The notes below the pieces were generated by a model, which did no database searches, had not been told where the DNA came from, and saw nothing but the letters and a program-made list of their open reading frames with translations. From the NCBI GenBank assembly GCA_963725785.1, contig CAVRZV010000014.1:72713-136712 (forward strand): DNA of 64,000 bases, in the 5' to 3' direction. The DNA is from an uncultured Bacteroidales bacterium. GTDB lineage: Bacteria > Bacteroidota > Bacteroidia > Bacteroidales > VadinHA17. The position numbers and the translations under genes were made by a program. This document shows, one piece after another, positions 8,568 through 17,600 of the stretch; position 1 is the stretch's first letter; every line of letters starts with the position of its first letter.

Positions 8568-9017
8568 TCATTTATGAACTATAACAGCACAATTATTGAG
8601 AAGTACATCTAATGGCGGCTGTCCGGGGAATAACTGTGTAAAACCGGAACATTCCCCACGGAGCGAAATTATATCGCCGGTTTTGATCTTTGAAAGATCG
8701 GCAATTACAGGTAAGGTACAAATCACCGATGAAATTTCATTACCTGTTATAAGGGAAATATTCAGATTGTTGCCATCGGTCTGTGTCACCGATGCTATTT
8801 TACCCGTAACCTCAATAACCTTATTAATATACTTTGCAGACGCGGTTGTCTCATTATCTTCAAATTCTTTCTGTAGTGCAGATGCGGAAATAACAAACTC
8901 AGGTTTGGCTTTAGCCATATCGGTATGTTTCAGATTGTACATATACAAACCTGCCAGGATTGCTGATAAAGCGATAAAAGCGACAATAAAAATTGCGATT
9001 TTAACGTAGTTCTTCAT
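8568..9017 (-). CDS. Membrane-anchored OB-fold (tRNA_anti-like) protein
   Basis: 149 aa with an N-terminal TM helix. The stretch KPEFVISASALQKEFEDNETTASAKYINKVIEVTGKI is typical of Bacteroidota tRNA_anti-like OB-fold proteins. Confidence 0.65.
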   Translation of the reverse strand: MKNYVKIAIFIVAFIALSAILAGLYMYNLKHTDMAKAKPEFVISASALQKEFEDNETTASAKYINKVIEVTGKIASVTQTDGNNLNISLITGNEISSVICTLPVIADLSKIKTGDIISLRGECSGFTQLFPGQPPLDVLLNNCAVIVHK

Positions 9018-9052
9018 TATTTGAAAGCATTGGTTTCAAGTTGTCGGAATTT

Positions 9053-9607
9053 CTACTTCGCTGTTATAGGAGTATATTTCATAGCAACAGTTACCTCAAG
9101 GTTTTTATTGATTTTATCTCTTACAACACCCGGGATACTTATCTTATAATCTTCAGGGACAATATTAAATTTTGCGTTTGCATTTATTCCTCCGCTTACA
9201 ACTTCGAGAGTTCCCTTTGTACTTATCTTGTTGGTTACATCATGTATGGTGAGATCCCCTTCAACGGTAACATCATAAGTTCCGTTCTTTGAAAAATCTA
9301 TTGATGACAGATTTGTTATCTTTCCCTTAAAACTCGACTTTGGGATCTTATCCGACTCCATATAGTTTTCATTGAAATGTTCTTCCATTAGAGCTCTGTC
9401 GAAATGGAATGATTTAATAACTGCCTGAAATACCATCTCTCCGGTTGTAACATCAATGGCTCCAACTACCTGGTTATTATCTCCTTTTATATCCTCCATT
9501 GAAGTATGGGAGAAGAAGCCGATATAACCATTTTTGGTCATATATTTCTGTGCATTTGCTGCAAAAACGATATTCAAAAAAAAGATCAAAAACGATGCGC
9601 GTCTCAT
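9053..9607 (-). CDS. YceI-family (polyisoprenoid-binding lipocalin-like) periplasmic protein
   Basis: 184 aa with a signal peptide. The pattern GYIGFFSHTSMEDIKGDNNQVVGAID...FHFDRALMEEHFNENYMESDKIPKSSFKGKI matches YceI-like domains. Confidence 0.75.
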   Translation of the reverse strand: MRRASFLIFFLNIVFAANAQKYMTKNGYIGFFSHTSMEDIKGDNNQVVGAIDVTTGEMVFQAVIKSFHFDRALMEEHFNENYMESDKIPKSSFKGKITNLSSIDFSKNGTYDVTVEGDLTIHDVTNKISTKGTLEVVSGGINANAKFNIVPEDYKISIPGVVRDKINKNLEVTVAMKYTPITAK

Positions 9608-9662
9608 AATGATTCTATTGAAGTTTTAGTTCTAAAGTCTTATGCTATAACAAAAAATGAGA

Positions 9663-10595
9663 CTAATAGTTTGCCGGTTTCTGGTGTTTCTTCAATGTAA
9701 AAACCCTTGAAATATTGAATCCGAAATGAATATCACCTTTTTTCCAGCTACCCGTTGTTTCACCTATAAATCCCTTTTCTAACATAGAAACTGAGTTAGT
9801 GAAGAGAAGCGTAAATACATGTCCCCCGGTCTCAATATCAAAACCCAATGAAAGAGGATCGTAAATCTGCTGGCTCAAATATGTTTTCGGATTCGTGATG
9901 TAGTAATATTCCCCGTTCAGACTTATCCTTTTTGTGAGTTTAACGCGCGCCCCCGCACCTACAGCAAAAACATCATTGGGATCAAGTTCCGTGGCAACAA
10001 GATTCCTGTGTACATAAGAGGGAGTTAACTGAACAGACAGTGCCTCATTAAATTTCCGTGCTATAAGGATCTGCCCTACGTAAGCTAATCGTGATGTAAA
10101 ATAATTTGTCCTGGTCTGATCCGGAAACTTAAATGTTTTAAGGGCAATTGAAGTGAGAACTGAAACAGAGACCGGCATTACTCTTTCGCCGGAAGATTGT
10201 CTCAGTACTGTGAATTTTGCAAATCCATCATATAACTTATCGTTCCTTTCCCGGCCAATGCCCACCATCAGCCAATTTAATATTCCATATTCAATTCCTA
10301 AATATATATTTGCCGTCTGGTCGAGGCCAAATAACTCGTAGGCGCCTGAGTTGAGTGTACCGAAGCGGTGCTCTATCCTGATATCGAGTTGTCCCTGAGG
10401 CATTCTCTCTATCGAATGGCCATTCATTATCCGAGTCGATTTAAATGTGGCAGTTGTGTAGTTTATTTCCTTTGGAGCTTCCTTGTCAAGAAGATTCATA
10501 AGGTCATCCTGGGCTGATATCCTGAAAGAGATAAGAGTTAACAAAAGAATAAAGAATAATCGTCTCATGTTTATGATGTTTTTATATTCATTCAA
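9663..10595 (-). CDS. DUF5777-like outer-membrane beta-barrel protein
   Basis: 310 aa with signal peptide MRRLFFILLLTLISFRISAQ, alternating beta-strand pattern and a terminal aromatic residue. It overlaps the upstream gene by 4 nt. Confidence 0.6.
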   Translation of the reverse strand: MNEYKNIINMRRLFFILLLTLISFRISAQDDLMNLLDKEAPKEINYTTATFKSTRIMNGHSIERMPQGQLDIRIEHRFGTLNSGAYELFGLDQTANIYLGIEYGILNWLMVGIGRERNDKLYDGFAKFTVLRQSSGERVMPVSVSVLTSIALKTFKFPDQTRTNYFTSRLAYVGQILIARKFNEALSVQLTPSYVHRNLVATELDPNDVFAVGAGARVKLTKRISLNGEYYYITNPKTYLSQQIYDPLSLGFDIETGGHVFTLLFTNSVSMLEKGFIGETTGSWKKGDIHFGFNISRVFTLKKHQKPANY

Positions 10596-10963
10596 TTATT
10601 AAGCATTCCATTTCTTATCCAGATCTTAAACTGTTCAATTTTGCAAGCAGACAAGGATCCTGAAAAAGGCATAATCGGAACTCCCTTCCCATTTAGCGCA
10701 TTCAAAAGTATTCCTGATGAAGCCTGGGCCTGAACACTTGCATAGCTGGTAAGAGTTATTCCCCCTGAAGGAGCGGCGCTGTTATGGCAGGTGGTACAGT
10801 AGCTGTTCAGTATCGGAGTAATTGTTGCACTAAAAGTGACACTTGTTGTATCGCATGAATTATTCAGGGCAGGATATAAAGCTTCTTCATTATCATAATA
10901 GCAGGAGACAACAATAAACAAAAATATGATTATGGTGATAAAAGGCGTAATTAATCGCTTCAT
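10592..10963 (-). CDS. Small lipoprotein with a PSCyt-like c-type cytochrome domain (CTTCH)
   Basis: Lipobox FIVVSC. ITPILNSYCTTCHNSAAPSGGITLTSY ... IMPFSGSLSACKIEQFKIWIRNG fits the planctomycete-cytochrome-C-type domain with a canonical CxxCH. Confidence 0.65.
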   Translation of the reverse strand: MKRLITPFITIIIFLFIVVSCYYDNEEALYPALNNSCDTTSVTFSATITPILNSYCTTCHNSAAPSGGITLTSYASVQAQASSGILLNALNGKGVPIMPFSGSLSACKIEQFKIWIRNGMLNN

Positions 10964-10976
10964 CTTTATTAAATTA

Positions 10977-11465
10977 CTAATTATTTAACTGAGAGCTGGT
11001 TAAGGGATGTGCACGGGTTATGAAAGGAGTAATGCCTGCATTTATTGTTGCAGGACAAGCAACTGAGCTCTCAATTGCTCCCTGTTCTATCCATACCCGT
11101 ATTATTGTTCTGTCATTAAGTGAAAGGGGATGACTGGGAGGCATCATGTTTTCACCCGTTTTGGCAATTATTGCCTGGTATGAACTGCTTGCATTTGGAT
11201 TGCCCGCTGTTACAGTTCTGCTTATATCAACGTAATTGTTAAGTGCCATTCGCGATTCTCTCCCTCCCCCGTCGTGACAACCCGGTATGGCACAGTTATT
11301 AACAAATAATGGCAGAACATCTGCAGTAAAACAAACTTCAGGAACATTGGCAATATTAGCTACATGAGTACAGGAGGTAACCCAGGAAAAAAGTGTTAGT
11401 ATTATCAGCAATCCGAGGGATAAATAGATTTTATCGGGTTTCATAAAGATCTGGTAAGATGACAA
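10977..11465 (-). CDS. Lipoprotein with a PSCyt-like domain carrying CAIPGCH (CX4CH) in place of CxxCH
   Basis: Lipobox WVTSC. VLPLFVNNCAIPGCHDGGG...MMPPSHPLSLNDRTIIRVWIEQGA is a paralogue of the downstream gene. Confidence 0.6.
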   Translation of the reverse strand: MSSYQIFMKPDKIYLSLGLLIILTLFSWVTSCTHVANIANVPEVCFTADVLPLFVNNCAIPGCHDGGGRESRMALNNYVDISRTVTAGNPNASSSYQAIIAKTGENMMPPSHPLSLNDRTIIRVWIEQGAIESSVACPATINAGITPFITRAHPLTSSQLNN

Positions 11466-11584
11466 ATTAAATATTTGTAAAGATACTAAAATATGAAAAG
11501 ATTATTTTTTAAGGTGAATTTATAAAAAGTACTCAGGTTTTCTCTGTGTACCTCTGTGGCAACTCCGTGCAACTCTGTGTAAGT

Positions 11585-12091
11585 TCATATTTTTAGTATC
11601 CCGAATTCATGTTCGAAATTCGGGGTGAAAATACCTTTCCCTGAATTTTCTTTTATTTCGTTTATCTTCCAGAACCTTCCTTCTTCAATTTCGTCTTTAT
11701 TTATAACAGGTATCTCATCGGTTATCGTTGTAAATGAATTGACAAGTTCTCTCTCCCGCGAAGATTTCCACACATATTTTACCCGGAATACAGCTTTAAA
11801 ATTATTCAAGCCAAGTTCTTCCTCTGCCTCCCTTTCAAGTGCTTCAACTACTGTTTCTCCCGGACTGACGTGTCCTCCCACTGAGGTATCCCATTTCCCG
11901 GGCTGGACGTCTTTGGTCATAGCTCTCTTCTGCAAATAAAGTTCACCCCGGGAGTTGAATATATGAAGATGAACAACAGGATGAAGAAGCATGCTCTTTC
12001 CATCGTGACATACGCTCCGCAGAGCCTTGCCTGTTGTATTTCCATCCTCGTCCACAACCGGAAACCATTCTTCGTGAGTAGCGTTTTTCAT
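11585..12091 (-). CDS. NUDIX hydrolase
   Basis: Nudix box GGHVSPGETVVEALEREAEEELGL. Confidence 0.8.
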   Translation of the reverse strand: MKNATHEEWFPVVDEDGNTTGKALRSVCHDGKSMLLHPVVHLHIFNSRGELYLQKRAMTKDVQPGKWDTSVGGHVSPGETVVEALEREAEEELGLNNFKAVFRVKYVWKSSRERELVNSFTTITDEIPVINKDEIEEGRFWKINEIKENSGKGIFTPNFEHEFGILKI

Positions 12092-12130
12092 AATAAGACA
12101 AAATTATAAAAATTACCACTACACCAAAAA

Positions 12131-12222
12131 CCCCTCTGCCGCTTCGCGGCATCTCTTTTAATATAATTCATTTTCGGTATCAGACCCCCTCTGCCGCTTC
12201 GCGGCATCCCGCTTAGGCGGGA
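12131..12222. repeat. Direct repeat of a 23-nt hairpin unit plus an adjacent hairpin
   Basis: cccctctGCCGCttcGCGGCatc occurs at 12131-12153 and 12185-12208, followed by tCCCGCttaGGCGGGa. Confidence 0.7.
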
Positions 12223-12283
12223 GAAAATCTCGTGTTATTGAAGATTTTTCCTCCTTTCAGGGGGAATTAAAAGGGGGTTTTAA

Positions 12284-14620
12284 TCATTTTCCGGTGACTG
12301 CAAACGAGCACCTTATCGTATTCCCGTCCTCATCCACAACAGTAAGAACATGATCACCTGCTCCTGCCTGAAACTCAATCTGATGAATAAAACGTGTTGT
12401 GCCAGTATAAATTTCATCGAGGTGCCAGAAGATTTTCTTTGAAGGGCTCCTGTGAGCCACCTCGGCAATCACTCTGGTTAATGCCCCCGTCTGATCGCGT
12501 GGGATAAAAATTTTTATTCCTGTAGTTGGATAGATAAACTCCATAACGGAAACATTTTTATTTGTGGTACAACCCGGGGCAACGGGGGGAAGAGACTTAT
12601 ATTCAGAGTGTTTAAGTTTGTAAAAATATTCCATAGCAGGTGGCAGAACGAACCACGATTCGTTGATAATATCACCCGGGGAAATACAATCTGAATTTAC
12701 CTGTTGTGTTTTAGATTTATTTAAATGTATCATCTGGTGATAGGGGCAGGCTTCACTTCTTAAACCATTCAGACAAGCAGGTACTTCAATGCTTTCCGGA
12801 CAATCGGGAGAAGCCCGGAAGCCGCTCTTGCTGCAGACTCTGATCATTGTGAGATCTTCATTCGGTCGGGCGAACCATGAGCTGTGTCCAATCAGGTTGA
12901 CAAGATCGAACATTAAAGGAGCTGCTGCAGAAATGCCTGTTAATCCGGGCCTTCCTTCACCGGAGGCATTTCCTACCCATACTCCAACAACATACTGAGG
13001 AGTAGTTCCGATAGCCCAGCCATCCCTGAAGCCGAAACTTGTACCTGTTTTCCATGCAAGATCCGGGGAAGATGAAAAATATTGCCAACCTGTTTCACTT
13101 TCGGGTCTGTTTACCCTCTGCAGCGCTTCATAAGTAAGCCAGATGGATGAGGCAGAAAGGGGAGGAGCCGGATCCTCGGTCAGCATAGCTTTTATATGCG
13201 GGTTACTTATAAGAACCGGAGGATGATAATCCTCTTTATAATATTTTTTCTCATTGAGATACCTGTTTAAAACCCTGGAAAGAGAAGCATATACTCCGGT
13301 GAGATCCCATAATGATGTCTCCCCTCCGCCGAGTATCAGAGAAAGACCATAATAATCAACAGGTCTATTGAAAGTTGTGAAACCAGTTTTGTGCAAGAGA
13401 TCGAGGAATTTCTCCGGGTTATATTTCTGGAGCATTTTGACTGCCGGTATATTCAGAGATTGTGATAGTGCAAAACCGGCAGTAACGGCACCGCTGAAGC
13501 TCTGGTCGAAGTTCTTTGGTGAAAATCCTGTGAAACGCGTTGGGATATCAGGAATGAGCGTATTTGGCAATATATCACCCGACTGCTGCATCCCGGCATA
13601 AAGAAGGGGCTTGAGAATACTACCAGTGCTGCGAAAAGAGCGTATGATATCAACGTCTCCACCATGCGGCTGAGTTTCTGCAAGAGTACTGTTCCCTATG
13701 TACACAAGCACATTGCCTGTTGCAACCTCAACTATCAGGCAGGCAGAATTGAAAATGTAATTTCCTGTAAGATCTTTCTGATGGGTATTTATGATTTCTG
13801 TTGCTCTCTCCTGAAGAATAGGGTCAATAGTGGTTTTTATCATCTCACCCCGGTTGGTGACGAAAAAGTGATCTGTAAGATGCGATGCCTTCGAAGGCAG
13901 TGGTTTTGGCTCTCCCGGCAGCGGCTCATCAAGGGACAGGACCAGAGTGATCGAATCAATATATTTTTTTTCACAGAGACGTTTAAGGAGAGTGTTGCGC
14001 CTGTTTTTAAGTATCTCCTGATTTCTTCCCGGATAAACGAGTGCCGGGGAGTTTGGAAGAATTGCCAGGGCGGCGGCTTCGGCCCAGGTCATTTCGGCAG
14101 CTGGTTTCCCTGTGTAACGCCATGCCGCAGCTTCAAGGCCAACAGTGTTTCCACCGAATGGAGCATTGGAGGAATAAAGCTGAAGTATTCTTTTTTTTGA
14201 GCTGAACAACTCCAGTTTGAGGGCCGAAAGTATTTCGATAAACTTCTCTGTATAAGTTCGTGGTTTATTACCTCTGGAAATTCTGGCGACCTGCATTGTA
14301 ATGGTGCTACCGCCGCTCACTATTTCTCCTGCTTTAATGTTGCTCACGAAAGCGCGTAGCAGTGAAACAGGATTTATACCCGGGTGATAATAGAACCAGC
14401 TGTCCTCAAATGTCAGGAGCGATTTTTCAAATTTTTCAGGAACCTGTCCGCTACCGGGAAACCGCCATTGTCCATCATCAGCAATCCTTGCACCCAGGAG
14501 GCTTCCGTCACGGGCTTCCACAACAGTTGAGAGAGGCGCCCTGAACCGTGGTAAGGATGAAAGCAAAACCGGAGTAATAATTACTCCGGCGATTATAAAT
14601 ATTTTAAGTTTTCTATTCAA
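12284..14620 (-). CDS. pbpC: Penicillin-binding protein 1C (GT51 transglycosylase plus transpeptidase)
   Basis: 778 aa with EDSWFYYHPGINP and GGSTITMQVAR (GT51) and STGSILKP (SxxK). It overlaps the alpha-2-macroglobulin gene by 8 nt, the classical A2M-PbpC pairing. Confidence 0.9.
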   Translation of the reverse strand: MNRKLKIFIIAGVIITPVLLSSLPRFRAPLSTVVEARDGSLLGARIADDGQWRFPGSGQVPEKFEKSLLTFEDSWFYYHPGINPVSLLRAFVSNIKAGEIVSGGSTITMQVARISRGNKPRTYTEKFIEILSALKLELFSSKKRILQLYSSNAPFGGNTVGLEAAAWRYTGKPAAEMTWAEAAALAILPNSPALVYPGRNQEILKNRRNTLLKRLCEKKYIDSITLVLSLDEPLPGEPKPLPSKASHLTDHFFVTNRGEMIKTTIDPILQERATEIINTHQKDLTGNYIFNSACLIVEVATGNVLVYIGNSTLAETQPHGGDVDIIRSFRSTGSILKPLLYAGMQQSGDILPNTLIPDIPTRFTGFSPKNFDQSFSGAVTAGFALSQSLNIPAVKMLQKYNPEKFLDLLHKTGFTTFNRPVDYYGLSLILGGGETSLWDLTGVYASLSRVLNRYLNEKKYYKEDYHPPVLISNPHIKAMLTEDPAPPLSASSIWLTYEALQRVNRPESETGWQYFSSSPDLAWKTGTSFGFRDGWAIGTTPQYVVGVWVGNASGEGRPGLTGISAAAPLMFDLVNLIGHSSWFARPNEDLTMIRVCSKSGFRASPDCPESIEVPACLNGLRSEACPYHQMIHLNKSKTQQVNSDCISPGDIINESWFVLPPAMEYFYKLKHSEYKSLPPVAPGCTTNKNVSVMEFIYPTTGIKIFIPRDQTGALTRVIAEVAHRSPSKKIFWHLDEIYTGTTRFIHQIEFQAGAGDHVLTVVDEDGNTIRCSFAVTGK

Positions 14621-17600
14621 TTTTTTGTCCGGTCACTTTTACAGGACCACCAGGATACCTTGAATAACAATTCGGGACGTACATTGCTTCGCAGAAAACA
14701 GAGGGCTGATAGAACTCACCTTTATATGCGGCATTCGCGATCAAAACGAAAGTTTTGGTTTGTCCCTGAGTCAGACTGAAATAGGTATTAACCCTGTCAT
14801 CCCTGAAGTCGCGGTAATCAGATGTACTCTCTTTAATACCATAGTCTGCTTCAAACAAACGAGTATTCCGGATCTCCCATCCCGATGGGACCATTTCTGT
14901 AAGAGCGATGTTTTCGACCAAACCAAAGGTATTGTTAGTGACCTTCACAACCATCATGAAATCAGATCCCTGCCTGAGGTTCTTCTGATCCACAGGTTTC
15001 AGATCCATATCCATATAGTCTATCTTCATAAATAACCCTTTGTCTTCACGGGTGATGTCGGAAATGAGCGGTACTCCTTTCCTTGTAAGCGTGATATACA
15101 AAGGTTTGTCTGAATTATTTTCGACGATCAGCGAATTATTTCCATTGGCTTCGTTTATAGCTTTAGACCAAACCTGTTTTGACCCGATTGTCTGTTCCGA
15201 CTTTTTACCGTTCATGATGATCTGAATTTTAGACGGGCTGTTATTATTGCCAGGTGTCGACTCTATCCATTTCATATATGAAAAGAGACCCCATGCTATC
15301 GCCTGAGTGCTGTACCAGCTATCATTATTGAAATTATCACAGATCACTTTCAGCAGCGACACTGCCTGTTCATCATTTTTCAGAAGGGTAAGGGTGTATA
15401 ATATAATTGCTTTATCGCGCATCTCACTGCCATAGTAATAGCTGTAATACTCCTGTTCCGTCACTATGTTTCTGACATCCAAAAGTCCTGCAGCCACTTC
15501 CGGGCGACCGGTCGTTGCATATGCAGCAGCCAGTAACCAGCGGGATAATTGAGGAATTGCTGATGATTCCCTGAGCCTGTTCATAGCCCCTTTTTCAGGC
15601 TGGCCGGCAAGAGCAAGGGTAAATAGCCTGTAAGCCTGATCGTTAGCCGACTGTTTATACCTGGTGTCAAAACGCCAGTCCTGTGCAGTTCTCTTCTGAT
15701 AATTCATCCACTTCTGTTTGAATCCGGGCGGAAGACTAAATCCTTTCCTCTCCGCTTCAGTAATAAAATGGCCCGCATACGAAGTAACCCAGTTATCGGG
15801 TTGCGATGAACCCGGCCACAAAGCTATGCCTCCGCTGATCATCTGCCGGGAGACAAGTTTATTGATAGCTTCGGTGATATTCTCAGAAGCAGATTTTATC
15901 ACCGAAGGATCGTTTCCGGAAAGATCTTTGAGCCATAACTGCGGAAAAGCAGCCGAAGTGATCTGTTCAGAGCAGCCATGGGGATAATCGAGCAGGTATT
16001 CCATCCTCTTCTCAAGATTTATTGCAGGAAGGGAAGATACTTCGAGGACTGCCGAGTTTGACCCTTCAATACCGAATGGTTTGAAGTTTGTTTCAAACTT
16101 TTCCCCCTGTCGTATCATTTTCAATTCGGCGCGTATCTCAGGCGGATTGGGACTTCTTACTTCGATCTGCATATTGTATGTTGCACTTTCTCCGCCTCCG
16201 GTAGCTGTAACACTTATTTTTGCAACTCCTGTTTTTTCACCAGCAGTAAATAAAAATTCCGAATCTTTTTCTCCGGTACCAGACACCAGTATGTTTTTTG
16301 TTTTCTCTCCGAAGCTCACAAGATCATTTCCTTCGGCTTTTATGGAGATCTCTTTAATCCCGTCTTTCTGAATGAAAAGAGATATTGGAAGAGCCACTTT
16401 TTCACCCGGACTGATAACTCGTGGAGCCGTAACCAGTAACATCAGGGGATCTTTTACAAAGACAGATTTTTCAGCCATCCCAAATGCCCTGTCACTTCCT
16501 GCAACAATCATTGTCCTTACCGAACCGGTATATTGAGGAAGAGTCAATGAGTGAGTATTCGTTTTCCCGGCTTCAAGATTAAAGGGACCGAGAAACTTTA
16601 CGACAGGAACAAATCTCTGGGCTTTATTTGCAGATTTATCAGCCACAGCTTCATCTCCTCCAATGGCAAAGATCCTTTCAAGAGTTCCGCCAAAAGCACC
16701 CAGAACAAAATCGTAGAGATCCCATGTCTGAACACCGAGAGCTTCGCGGGCATAAAAATATGTCCATGGATCGGGAGTTTTGAAACCGGTAATATCCAGC
16801 AGTCCTTCATCTACCACAGCTACTGTATAGGTCATGGCTTTACTATTGGTTTCGCTTACCTTTATCACAAATGGTTTTTGTGACCTTATTTCATCGGCCA
16901 TTTCGATCTTAGGGGTCAGCCTGGTTCCCGGGTCTTCCACCATTACCGGTACCACTCCGTATAACCTCACTGGCATATCATTGACAGTCTGGGCATGAGG
17001 CTGTATAACAGTAACATATGCATAGATGTTCGGAGCCATTTCAGGCCTGGCTTTAAATGTAACAACAGTGTTGCCTTTCTCAGCATTAACCCTGATCTCA
17101 TCCATTATACCTGTCGAATTTTCAAGCGTCACAATAGCCCTTGCATTTTCAGGAGCCGGGAAAGAGAGTTTTATTTCGTCACCGGGATTATATTTATCCT
17201 TATCGGTATTGATAACAAGTAGTGTGGCCCCTTCGGTATTTCCTTTCATCCCATATTCCCATGGCCAGTCGATAAGCAGGATTTTACCGGTGGAATGTCC
17301 TGCAGGGGTTGTTGCCCTGATAAGGTACCGGCCCCACTGTTTTTTATCAATGTTGAAAGAAAAAGAGCCCTCGCCTCCCGAAGTGGTAATAGTTTTCTTT
17401 AAAACAGGTTTGTAATTGTTGTTTGAAATAAATGACGCCAGATTTTCCTCGTCTGATTCCCACCACCATCTATAGTTGATCTTATAAATGGTTATTTCAA
17501 CCTCTGATCTCACAGGTTTTCCGTTTTCATCAACAGTGACCAGTCTGACTTCATTATCAGCATCAGTAAATAGCATTCTGCTTTTGCCTTTCAGACCCGG

